Below are positions 24,816 to 36,081 of a stretch of 64,000 nt of DNA, one piece after another. Position numbers and translations under genes: made by a program. A model generated the notes under the pieces. It saw nothing but the letters and a program-made list of their open reading frames with translations, was not told the DNA's origin and made no database searches. Location: assembly GCA_040954595.2 (NCBI GenBank), contig CM082578.2:4012831-4076830 (forward strand). The letters run 5' to 3'. Within the stretch, counting starts at the first letter, position 1; every line of letters starts with the position of its first letter. This DNA is from Balanoglossus misakiensis (Eukaryota; Animalia; Hemichordata).

Positions 24816-26929
24816 TCACCAATCATGAGTGAATTCAAACAATGTGACATCGGCAAAAAATTCATCTAACATTTGACCTTTGCACAGGCTATGGAATTGT
24901 CTGCGATACTTATCGTCCAAATGCCACCTGCTCAAGCAGTCAGCCTGAGAATTTGCTACTCCTGGGATGTGCATAGCTTTGATTTCTAATTGGTATTTAG
25001 CACAGTAAAACAAAAGTTCTCTTGCGCAAGCAACCATAAATTTGTCTTTACTGCGACCTGTATTAATTACTGAAACTGTAGCTTCATTGTCACATGCTAC
25101 ATTTAAACCAAGACCCTGCCAGCTGTGACCCCACAATTTGACAGCCACCACGACGGTAAGTAGTTCCAATGCTGAGATGTGCAACTCCTGGCTGGTGATA
25201 CTTTCTGGAAATATTGCATGAAAAAATCCAGAATTTGTGATACCCCCACAACCAATTAGACATGCATCAGTGTGCAGGGGTCGATTGTTTTAAGTCTGTT
25301 GATTTGCGGTATCAATGAGATGCCATTGTACGTAGGTAGGAATGTTATCCACCACAACAAGTCTTTTTTGAAGTGGTGGGTAAGACGTGTTTTATGATGA
25401 TTGCGTTTCAGTCTGCGAAGCAGTGCTAACATTCTTGTCACAAACAATCTCCCTGGTCTCACGCAAGCCGCGATGAACATGAGTTTCCCGATGAGTGACT
25501 GAAGTTCCCGTTTCGTTGCCGTGCGTTTGTCCTTCCACTGGTCCAGAATGGATATAGTGTCCTCTAATCGCTCGCTAGTCACAAACATTGTCATTGTTTC
25601 CGAGTCAAAGCCGACTCCTAAGAAAATCATACGAGTGGTGGGCGGTACACTTTTCGCTACGTTCTCTTGTAAACCAAGTTCTTGTAGCAAATCACCTAAT
25701 TTATTAAAGGAATCTGATGCCCAAGTAGGTGAGTCAACCCCTCCAAAGTCATCCAAGTAATTGATGCTGGTGTAGCCTAGTTGCTGATGCAGGTAAGTTA
25801 CAGCGTTCGTTACCCGTTGACATGCCATTGCTGCGCTGCGAATCCCAAAAGGAAACACAATGTCAAAGTATAGATTGTCCTTCCATTCATAACCCAGAAG
25901 GTGATAGTCGTGCGGGTCCATGTATAACAACAAACACCCTTTTCCATAACTGCGTATCAAGGATGCAAATGTGTCAACTGTTGGGTATTTCAGGGAATAG
26001 TCTTCCCCTAAATATGAGTTTGCAGGAATGCCATCGTTCACTGAGTTGCCCGATGGAAAGCTGAGGTCTAGAATGATGCGTCGTTCGTCAGAGTCTTTCT
26101 TGCTAACAGTAGAGATAGGTGACACCGTAAGTGGTACGTTAAACGGATTTGAAGTAAATGGTCCGGCAGTAGCTCCCAAGAGGGATTCTTTGTCAATGAA
26201 TCTGTCGACATGACTGCTGTAATCTAATGCTGACTTATGATTGTGTCCATGTGTAACAGGTAAGGTGTCTTTGATATAGCCTACAGGCCACCCAAATTCT
26301 AGGAAATCACAAATGCTGCTGTCTTTGTAGCCTTGAAGACGTTGTCTCCACACATTAACATTAAGTTTTGTAGGTACTGGTAACTTGAGGCCTTCATAAT
26401 TGTAAAGCCCTGATGTGTACACCAAATCATGTAAGTTCAACAAGTATTGCAAAGTGTGATCTGGAACAGCTTGCGATTGATGACTGTCTTTGATTGATTC
26501 AGATGGCTGGTTTACATTTTTGTGAGCAGTCGTTACTGAAGCATGCGAGGCGTTGTCATGGGGCTGTATACCGCAAGCATTATCACGCTGGTAACATTCC
26601 TTGACAGGTTGCTCCTGAGAAGCAGTGAGAAAAAGGCAGTTCCCTTGCATAACTGTTGCGTTGTGGGTCTCAGGAGTAGCGGAATTACGAGTACGTTGTT
26701 GCATAACCGTAGAATAACTGTTTTCATAAGGATTGTCAATTGAAGCTGTCGAGTTCTTAGTTCCGTTGCGAACATGCGATACCTGTTGAACGACATGATT
26801 AGGTGTAATTGTTTGTGTTAGAGTATGTTGCTTACTTCTGCAGCGCCTGGCTGCTAGCGTCCGATGGCGTAGTAGGCGTTTTTGTTTGCTGCTCGCGAAA
26901 ATGACATCTGACAATAGGGTGCGGAGCAT
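24816..26929 (-). pseudogene. Ngaro reverse transcriptase plus RNase H, frameshifted
   Basis: RRIILDLSFP, SVNDGI, FPFGIRSA, YLDDF, LQSLIGKL; RNase H HISALEL, CDNEATV, HIPGVANSQADCLSR. Confidence 0.92.
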
Positions 26930-26941
26930 GTTGACCCTTTG

Positions 26942-27778
26942 TTATGCAATGTAGACAGGCGTGCAACTTCTTACACTGTTTACCAGTTTGGGGGGGTCAT
27001 CATAAGGGCAAGTGCTTTTCCAATTCCACGAAAAGCATAAAAAGTTAAATTGATTGTTATGCTTGGGTTTATCTTGTTGTTGTTGTTGTACCGAAACATT
27101 CGTAGTGTGCATAGGTGCCGTGGCCTTAAATGCCCAGTACGCTAGGTTGTCAAAACTATCACTCCAAGTAGCGTGGCCCATTTCTATCTTATGCAATGCC
27201 TTGGCGTGGAACTCTCTGGTTTTCTCCCATCCGTACAATATCTTGTAGTTAATTAGGTCTTTTAAATGGGCGATCCTGTATTCTTTCTCTTCTACGGAGA
27301 TCAACGCTGGTATGTGAGTGATAATGGCGAGATAACCGGCGAGGAAATTGTCAAAGGACAAACTGTTGTAGTCAGTAGCCTGCGTTGACGGCATGACGTC
27401 CACCATAATATTATGGGGCCACAGTGTGGGTCTTACTACGCGGTCCTGGGGCTTCGTAAACATGCCTGATTTGTGCTTACCGGAAGGTGCCTGAGCTAGA
27501 AAATCGTCTTCAGCAAATGGTAACCATTGTCTCATTCTGTCCTCTGACCTCCGTACCAGATCGTTGTCTCTCCGAAATTCGTTCACGTCTACATCGTGGT
27601 GCAGGAGTGATGGGGTTTCTGCCAGACGACGCTGGGTGGAATGGTTACGTTGACGACTACTGCTACGAGTATCGCTTGATTGGACACGTAGGCCTTCAAT
27701 TTCACGATCGACCTCCCGGATACTAGCTTCCAACTGCTCGATTGCTTCAGCGGCATGTTTCTTATTCCTACGAGGCAT
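26942..27778 (-). CDS. Ngaro ORF1 (gag-like), likely start MPRRNKK
   Basis: First ORF after repeat A1; YGWEKTREFHAKALHKIEMG-type helix and C-terminal Cys cluster typical of YR-retrotransposon gag. Confidence 0.75.
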   Translation of the reverse strand: MPRRNKKHAAEAIEQLEASIREVDREIEGLRVQSSDTRSSSRQRNHSTQRRLAETPSLLHHDVDVNEFRRDNDLVRRSEDRMRQWLPFAEDDFLAQAPSGKHKSGMFTKPQDRVVRPTLWPHNIMVDVMPSTQATDYNSLSFDNFLAGYLAIITHIPALISVEEKEYRIAHLKDLINYKILYGWEKTREFHAKALHKIEMGHATWSDSFDNLAYWAFKATAPMHTTNVSVQQQQQDKPKHNNQFNFLCFSWNWKSTCPYDDPPKLVNSVRSCTPVYIA

Positions 27779-28006
27779 GTTTAGATAAAATTTCACAGAA
27801 GACGGCAGGAAAAAACGACACACGAACCAACTAATATGGCCAAGCCAAAAGACTGAGTGGCTGGGCGCCAAACAGAAAACTGCTACACTACAGTACTAAA
27901 AAAAACCGCCAATTGGGAAAGCACCAATCACAGGGCCGGTAGCCCCCTTGTAAACTGAGGGGCGCCCTCACAGTCCGTAATTAAACATTTCTTTAACAAG
28001 AATTAT

Positions 28007-28634
28007 ATTATATTATACCAGTATATTGATGGTTTAAATCACGCTATTTGATTGGTCGAGACACGACACGTGACCGTGATATATTAGCCATATACCACAG
28101 TCATATATCATAGTTAAAGAAAATGCCTTTTTAAAATGTTTTATGCAAAGTTTCAATATACTGGCATAATATAATAGCAATAAAACACCCCCAGCCATGG
28201 TATACCACTCGATTTTGACCAGTTCAACTCCATATACGCACTCGCTATCGCTCGTGCGTATATGTCGTGAACTGGTCAAAATCTCGTGATATACCATGGC
28301 TGGGGGTGTTTTATTGCTTAATTATATTATACCAGTATATTGATGGTGTAAATCACGCTATTTGATTGGTCGAGACACGACACGTGACCGTGATATATTA
28401 GCCATATACCACAGTCATATATCATAGTCAAAGAAAATGCCTTTTTAAAATGTTTTATGCAAAGTTTCAATATACTGGCATAATATAATAGCAATAAAAC
28501 ACCCCCAGCCATGGTATACCACTCGATTTTGACCAGTTCAACTCCATATACGCACTCGCTATCGCTCGTGCGTATATGTCGTGAACTGGTCAAAATCTCG
28601 TGGTATACCATGGCTGGGGGTGTTTTATTGCTTA
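28007..28634 (+). mobile_element. Head-to-tail dimer (314-bp period) of a hairpin-ended Crypton-like non-autonomous element
   Basis: 28007-28320 and 28321-28634 are near identical; each starts attatattatacc and ends in a ~140-bp hairpin agcaataaaacacccccagccatgg...ccatggctgggggtgttttattgctta. Confidence 0.8.
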
Positions 28635-28922
28635 ATTATATCATGCTACCGTCCGCGATTCTGATTGGACGAGAGCTATGGTAAAATACTGTTTTACCAC
28701 TGCTGGCAGTGGTAAAACGGGCCCCTGAACTAGCATGCAGCAGGGAAAATGTGCGGTTATACCACAGTCGCGCGGGATTAAACCAAATGAATAACATAAA
28801 AACACTTGAATTTACGGATGTTTTATTTTGGAACTGCTCTGCTCTGAATATTTTGCACTTTTGTCACTTTTTGGCGTCTGCTTTATGTTTAATGCTCGAT
28901 CCCGGGCCGCACGTGTTTACAT
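28635..28922 (+). mobile_element. 5' half of a second hairpin-ended family (overlaps the copy at 52080-52558)
   Basis: Starts attatatcatg..gattggacgag; ggtaaaacgggcccctgaactagcatgcagcagggaaaatgtgcgg...gtgtttacatt is shared with 52090-52321. Confidence 0.7.
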
Positions 28923-28925
28923 TAC

Positions 28926-30466
28926 ATTTTTTCTCCTTGAAGAGAGGGGTACGCCAAGGATGCCCCCTTAGTGCGTTGCTTTTTGTTACTTGTGTGGAAG
29001 TTTTGGCATGTAAAATTCGCCAATGCCCTGATATAGAAGGTATACAATTGCCATGTCAAAATTATAGTAGGAATGTGGTTAAAATTGCACAGATGGCCGA
29101 TGATACCACTCTATTTCTGAAAGATGAAAAGTCTATTAGAAAAGTTCTTGGTGTATTAGAAGATTTCGAAAAGTTGTCTGGGTTGAAAGTGAACAAAGAG
29201 AAAACAGAAGGTGTTTGGCTTGGTAAAAATAGATCATGTAAGAAACATAATATGGGTTTGAAATGGACTGATCAACCAGTTAAAGCGCTTGGAGTCTGGT
29301 TTGGATATGATCATTCGAAATGCGAGCGGTTGAATTGGGAACCAAAAGTGGCTAAATTTGAGAAAGTCTTGAATTCATGGGGCAAGAGAGATTTAACGTT
29401 TTACGGAAAAGTGTTGATAAAGAGTTCGCTTGCATTATCACAATTATCATATCTAGCATCAATGATTGATGTACCAGAGCGCGTGATTAAACAAATCGAC
29501 AGGTTAATTTACAATTTTATTTCAAAGGGTCTGGGTAAAATGGCCAGAAATGTATTAGCGGGACCATTAAACGAAGGAGGTTGTAACATGCCCATTTTTA
29601 AATGGAAAGTGGTTGCATTCAAGTTTATGTGGATTGTGCGTTTAACAAACTGTAAAAATGCATGTTGGAAGAACTACCCTCTTTATTTATTTGACCCATT
29701 TTCTGATTTTTCAATTCTTAGAGATGTACTTTCAAATAGTAGAATTTCAAGAGAACCTTTTGTCTCAAGATTGCCAGTCTTTTATCAACAGGTCTTAAAA
29801 GCATGGAACTTTATCCCACCCCGTAAAGATACAGTCAGCACCATTTTGTGGAATTGCAAATATAATGTTTTTATTTATCTTAAACGAAATGTAAATTATA
29901 TTGAAATTAAGAATAAGAGAGTGAAATTAATGAAATTGAAAACAAAAGATGTGTACAGATTTTTAGTAAACCGTATTGCACAACCAGCCAGCACATTGAC
30001 CTGGCAGCACGAGTTCGGACAAATTATAGATTTAAAGAATGCTTGGTCATTAGCTTACAGAGTAACAAAGGAGAACAAATTAAGAGCGTTTCATTGGAAA
30101 TTTTTGCATAAGAAATGTATAAATAATGTAAAATTGTATCGTTGGAAAATTAGAGAAAATGCCCATTGCGTGTTTTGTAATGTAGATGACACAACTCGCC
30201 ATCGCTATTTTGAGTGTACCATCGCCAAAGAAGTATGGCAAATCGTAGAAAATATTGGACATAGGTTGAATGGCTGGCACAAGGCTTTGAGTTGGCAATA
30301 TATTGTATATGACTTTGAAAAGAACGATAACTTAGATGAGATGAACCTTTTAATTTTGATTGCTAAATGGTCTATTCACAAGTTTCACTGTATGGAATTA
30401 CATAAAGCTCGTTTGTATAATCTTGTACAGAATGAACTGAAAATTCGAATGTGTAATTTATTGTAG
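28926..30466 (+). pseudogene. Tx1 ORF2 3' part (RT C-terminal half plus zf-RVT)
   Basis: RGVRQGCPLSALLF, QMADDTT, SGLKVNKEKT, CVFC..HRYFEC; the first ~70 codons of track ORF 28709-30466 come from inserted repeat sequence. Confidence 0.9.
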
Positions 30467-30509
30467 ATGTCAAATGTTTACGTGTACACAGCGTTAGATC
30501 ACTCTGTAA

Positions 30510-30555
<46 letters not shown>

Positions 30556-30634
30556 CTTTTTTCCTGAAGAGATAATAAAAGATGTTAAAAAAAAAACAAG
30601 TGTTGATCATCAAATCAAAAGGTATCATGCTTAC

Positions 30635-30774
30635 CTTTGCTGCCAATTAAATGTCGTTCATCATGGAGTAACGATTTATGGGTCACATCTCCCTCCAGAT
30701 AGTTGGCAATATCCTCAACAATGTCAGCGTATGCAGTGCTGCTATGCCGCACGGACCGAGCAAATATGTAGTTT
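30635..30774 (-). CDS. Putative internal exon of an unidentified host gene
   Basis: Acceptor attacag|, strong donor aag|gtaagc, open frame NYIFARSVRH...HLIGSK, ends in phase 1. Confidence 0.4.
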
Positions 30775-31346
30775 CTGTAATGTTAATGAATTATCATTAT
30801 GCAACATTAACAGAGGGTTGTTTCTTTCTCTTAATATGCGATATTTCGTCGATGCTTACAGATTGTTTTTCAGGAACACACTGAAATTGAGCGGTGGTGG
30901 GCTTTGATCGTATTAGGAAACTTTCCAATGATCTTGTCTTGAGTAACTAACATTGCATCAAAACCAATGAAAACTCACAAAAGAAGCAAACATCGGTTTT
31001 ACTATGCACTGCATATATTTTTTCATGTATACGACAACATCATTTGATGTTGGAAATCACTTTGTTTGCATTCCCAATGCTCAGGTAACTTGGGAAAACA
31101 AAATAATGCATTTCTGGCGCTATTTTCAACCATGGGCAAAGGATGAGACAAAGGTCAAAAGAATAGACGTGCGTGGGTCTTCATGTATTTTTAATATACA
31201 ATGCAGATTCTTATATTATGCAAAATAAACTCTTGCAAAATCAATTAAATCCATATCATGACGTTTAACAATGAAACAAATCAAGTACATGTCCCCTATC
31301 TGGCAATATGAAATCCTTGTTTTGTAATTTAAAATGTTGATTCGGT

Positions 31347-31506
31347 ATTATTCCAGCAGCGATGCAGGTCATGCTCATTGCAACACCTATGACTGACGTT
31401 AGAAAGGCCACTTTCACTTCAGCTATGCCCATTCTGACGGCTTTATACACTAAATGGGTCAGGACAATACTTTGTCCTATTAATACCAAGAATATGTAAA
31501 GCATTA
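31347..31506 (-). pseudogene. 160-bp duplicate of part of SLC16 exon 3
   Basis: Near-identical to 36251-36410 (LMLYIFLVL.GQSIVLTHLV.KAVRMGIAEVKVAFL.SVIGVAMSMTCIAAGII). Confidence 0.9.
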
Positions 31507-31880
31507 GGGACTGTCCAGAATTTACTTCCAGGGGGGGGGGCACCCATTTTCCCCAAGAAAATTTAGGGGGGGGGGCAGACATAAAAATCACAATCCTTTA
31601 GGGGGGGCATGTAAAAAACCCTCACAAACTCAATATTTGCCCAGAAGTACTGATTTATAAGAAACAAACCACCATGGCTACCTGGATGACAGATGAACTC
31701 CACAAGTGTATTAAATAAATCTTCATAAGCTGGCATTTCCGGTAATTTTTACGGTGGTTTATTTTGTATATCTACAACAGTTTCTTGTTCTACTACTCTG
31801 TGAAGCATAATAAAATGTCCAACTTATTTGGCCTGCCAGCACAGACCATATATGTACAATGAACAGTCAGTGTTGTTACT
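31507..31880 (+). mobile_element. Left part of a Harbinger-type MITE (same family as 47420-49707)
   Basis: tta|gggactgtccagaatttacttccaggg; colinear with 47420-47650 and 48845-48998. Confidence 0.8.
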
Positions 31881-31899
31881 TTTTTACATAAATTTTACT

Positions 31900-32590
31900 T
31901 TTTTACATAAATCGGTAGGCCTAATACTGACCCACACCCTGACCAATACGTCTTGGCGGAAATGGTGCATAATCACCCCAAAATAGCACTTTTCTGAATG
32001 AGTTCACAGCTTAACAAATAGGTGTCAACAATGCAAATGGCCGTTTTTCTCAGTTTGCATTTTCGCTGCTCTTGACAACTTCTGACGAAAATAGCTTCGC
32101 TCTGCGTTGGCCGAATTTGCTCAAATTTTAACTGGGGATTGTGTATGACCCATCCAACTAAACGGTATTTTTGTTAGTCGATAAAGTGTCCCTGGCGGGA
32201 ATAAACTCTGATTCAATACAACTCACCGTGAATTTAATCAAATTTTACTAAAAATCTAACTTTCAAACGCTGTTACTCCTCAATGGAAGCAGATAACGCA
32301 AAACAAAATTACCGTTTTTTTGCACGTGTACTCTAGTTTCGAATGACATATTAAGATGCATGATGCATGGTCAACTTTTTTACCTATTTTAAATTTCATG
32401 ACATAATATCAAAAAATGATTTTTTTCACCCAAAATCGCCACCATTTCCGGGGATCAATAATATTTGCAACTCAAACAAAAGTTTGAAATCTCAGCTTCC
32501 AGAATATATATTGTTTATCGGGGTTTTAACTTTGTCTTTGATGAGAAATAGGCCTCTGAAAAAGTCTCGACGGTTTCATGCAATGCCACC
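31900..32590 (-). mobile_element. Kolobok-like MITE, one end missing; inverted copy of 46143-46867
   Basis: Ends tttcatgcaatgccacc|TTAA; ~690 bp of reverse-complement similarity to 46143-46830. Confidence 0.8.
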
Positions 32591-33717
32591 TTAATGCCGC
32601 ATATATGACCAGTGGAAACGATAGTTTGAGGAGATCGACTGTTTGAGGGCGCTGTGAAATGAGAAAGTGCAGTTTGGCTGTAGCTAGCTTGGGCTGTAGC
32701 TGTGTAATAGTATATAGCTCTGTGCTCAGACAGTGTACTCGTCGTTACAGTTACACAGTTTCAGGATCTACATGTAAATGGCAAGAACTGGAAAGGTTTT
32801 GGTAGGTGTGGCTTGGATAGTAATGAAATTATCAAATTTTTAATTTGTGAAATGAGACATTCCTGGCGATATTGCCGTGGTTCTGTCCATGCTCAGACGC
32901 TGTACCCGTCGTTACGAATAACTTCCCTACGTGAATCCACAAGGAAGCTAACGTTGTTTAGTTGCTTCATATAGAGCGTAAATTGTTAATCTACAGGACC
33001 GTCAGACGAAGTCAGGTATGTGTTTTACTCTTTTCAAATGAAGTTTGACACTACTTACGAGTAAGTTAGTGGAGACAATATGGCGGATAGTTGGCGTGCA
33101 GCCGAATCCGCGTTATGACTATGACGTGACCCATTCATCAAGACAAACCGTAAATGATTCACGCATATTGTGGTCCTCACGCAGTCAATCTCAAAATGTC
33201 ACCAGGCTTTCTATTTGTCTATTGTTCAGAGAAAAATAACATGGCGGTTGATCACACTCAACAGTAAAATCCGTTTTGTGTGTTTATAGACAGTCTGTTA
33301 TCGCCAATACTATATAGCGATTGCTAGATGGCCTACCCAATATGTGATCGAGCGAGAATGATAACATTGAATGTCTGTTCAGATCTCATTCCGTACGTCA
33401 TACGTCAACATTTCGATTTCGATTTAATCCATTCATAAAGAATTTAGAGAAAGTCGTCTTGAATTGTGACCCCGACTATCAATTTTACGATGATTTTTTG
33501 GCGACGGAATACACGAGACGCCATTGCATAACTACGTCAGCTGGACTTCCAAGGTTACCATTTTGTGTGTATGGAATCTTATCACAGAGACTACGTACTT
33601 TGACAATATGCCATGCTATATCAATGACGCCCCAGAAAATGTGTCGAAAAATGAATTTGTCTTCTCATGGTGGTGCAATATATTTTAATTAATGTCTATT
33701 TTGAGGTTGATTTTGGT

Positions 33718-34660
33718 TTTTGGCTAACATGTATATCAATGTCAGCTTATAGCATAAGTTGGTGTCCGTCGTCTATGTATGTCTGTATGTGTGCCTCATA
33801 CAGAATAATGTATTTTGTGAATGGATCAGTTTTCGTCTAAATGTATTGATGTATGTATGTGTATGTCCATCAACATCAACAACTTGAAACTACTGATATT
33901 TAGTGTGTACATAGAAATTGTTATTGCGAAAAAATGCATACTGGTATTAACTGGAAAAATGTTCAAATAGTCAAAATTGAAAAACTTAATAACAGCGGAT
34001 CAGATTCAGTTAAAAATTGGCGTGCATTGGTGTGCAAGTACTTTGGGAAGACCTCGTATGATTTTGTTCATGTGGAGTCAGTATCTGGCGTTTGCTATTT
34101 TTTATGAATTTTTGGGGGAATTTTCTGCAGTTTTGTGTAAAAAAATTCTTCTCTGAAATTACATGTCCAATTGATTGGAAACTTGGTATGGAGGTTCATA
34201 GGGCTTACCTGAATCACATTTGTGCAAACGGTGGTGAAATTTGCAAAAATGCATTTTTGGGCAATTTTTGGGCAATATTTTGTCAAAAAATCAAATCCTG
34301 TGAAACTGTAAGTGCAATTGTTTTGATACTTTGTTTTGGGTTTCTAGGGGTGATCTCAGTCAGATATGATCAAATTGTAATGAAATTTGCTTAATTGTAT
34401 TTTTTGGGAATTTCTGCAGGGTTTGGCCAAATAGTCTTCAGTAAAACCACAAGTCCAATTGATTGGAAACTTTGAATGGGAATTCATATACATGTATGTG
34501 ATATCAGTCAGATTTGTCTGAATTTCCTGTTGTTTGCCAAAATGTCTTCCTTATTGAAACTTGTTAAAGAGGTTCTTAGGCATGAACAGAAATCAAGACC
34601 TGATGTAAACTCAGAATTGAAAAGAAATGTTTTCATTGAAATATTGTCGAAATATCAATA
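33718..34660 (+). mobile_element. Decayed Helentron/pearl-like non-autonomous element with internal tandem repeats
   Basis: tttttggctaac..agct..gtccgtcgtct plus (gtat) microsatellite, then a recurring unit gtccaattgattggaaact at ~34165 and ~34453; family is inference. Confidence 0.45.
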
Positions 34661-36081
34661 TGTGTGATAGTGTACTTTTCTATCCTGGTTATGGTTTAAA
34701 TATGGAGTTGTCACAATAATGAAATAATAAGAGGCACTGATCAGTATTCAACAATTAGGTTACAAGGGGGAGTGCAGGGGTTTCAAGCTAAACTTATTTT
34801 TTGTTATTTGACATCGTCCCTAACCCCTTACAAAAATTGACAAGGCAACAATTCCACAAACATGTTTACATTTCACAATGGTGCAACACACAACCCTTAC
34901 ACCACATACACTATAAACCAAAATGGTTTAACACTGGTTTTTCTAATCTTGTTATTCTGTCAACCAATCACAGTACTGCACGTGAGCATATTCAGTTAAT
35001 ATCTGGTTTAGAATAAATCATAGTACGCCTAAAGTATTTTGTGGAGTGACTGTGAATAAAGTAAGACATAATAAATCACATTTATTTTACTTGCTAAAAT
35101 AGTGGTACCCAGGTAAGAATCCAGATTTAAAGCCCTACTAGCCGTAACTCTAGTTAACTCTTAAGATTTGTTGACCTCAAAGTGTTTGTCGACGTCGATT
35201 TCTTTTCTATTTTGTTCAAAAGTGCACAATGTATAGTCAAGAATTCTGATTCCTACAAACTAAAATAATACACAATGTTTATTTTTAAAATGTCTTTTTG
35301 TTCTTCAGTCTGAATCGTGCTTGTCTACAGTTTTTGTGAGGCTCAACACAGTCGAATTTGCAATTTCTGTCTCATTGAAAATATATTAATGGCACCCTGC
35401 TTTCTGGTAATATTAAATTTAAAGAGACATTAGCTTTAACTTTTGTCAATTTTTATCTGTATGTTTTAGTCTTCTGTGTCAAGTGCACTTTCTTGGTCTA
35501 CTCCTCAGAGTATGTTCATGTGTAACAGCAAATATTCTGCCAGTGATGTACCTAATGTTTTGATTATAGTACAAACACATAAAATTATATTGTTTTGTGC
35601 CAGCCAAAATTGTTTTAAAAAATTTTTAAAAACCATAAAATTGTGCATGACTACATTATTTTTTTATTTACCCATTGAAAAACAAGAAACATTTTATCTG
35701 TGTTTTTGCCAAAACTTGCAGAATATTTTGAAAATACTGTACAGGACACAACCTCATGTTTGATTTGAATTTTCTAAAAAAAATACTTGATTGTTGATTG
35801 TAAAAAGGAGAAAGTAAAATGTGAAATTGTTAAACAATTTACTACAATGTTCAGAATACTAGCAACAAACGCCAAACTAGCAACACCGTTTTTCTTTGCT
35901 GGGCCCGACACGTTATCTCTAAAATTGTAACAACGTCACAATTTAGTAGACAAAGAGGCGCCCCCCCCCCCCATCCCAATTGCGCAGTTGAAGTACGTGC
36001 GTGTTGAGAGAGACGTGTCGACTCGAACTCGGATGACGAGAGTTGTTTAGCGTGTCGAACGCTGCTCTACGAAGCTCGTAG

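Larger units (their letters stand above)
23342..28002 (-). mobile_element. Ngaro-type tyrosine-recombinase (DIRS order) retrotransposon with split direct repeats A1-ORFs-B1-A2-B2
   Basis: A1 27808-28002 = A2 23458-23647; B1 23655-23755 = B2 23342-23442; gag, RT/RNase H and YR in order; no methyltransferase ORF seen. Confidence 0.93.
21074..30594 (+). mobile_element. L1/Tx1-clade LINE, 5'-truncated in ORF1, interrupted by nested insertions
   Basis: TSD aacaagtgttgatcat at 21058-21073 and 30595-30610; ORF1, APE, RT and zf-RVT in order; (TTG)n, AATAAA and poly(A) at the 3' end. Confidence 0.92.

Noticed and set aside
28709-28925. Novel N-terminal extension on the Tx1 RT ORF
   Set aside because: Chance read-through from the repeat also present at 52080-52321
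30467-30907. Poly-Leu ORF resembling a signal peptide
   Set aside because: Derived from the (TTG)n microsatellite in the LINE 3' UTR
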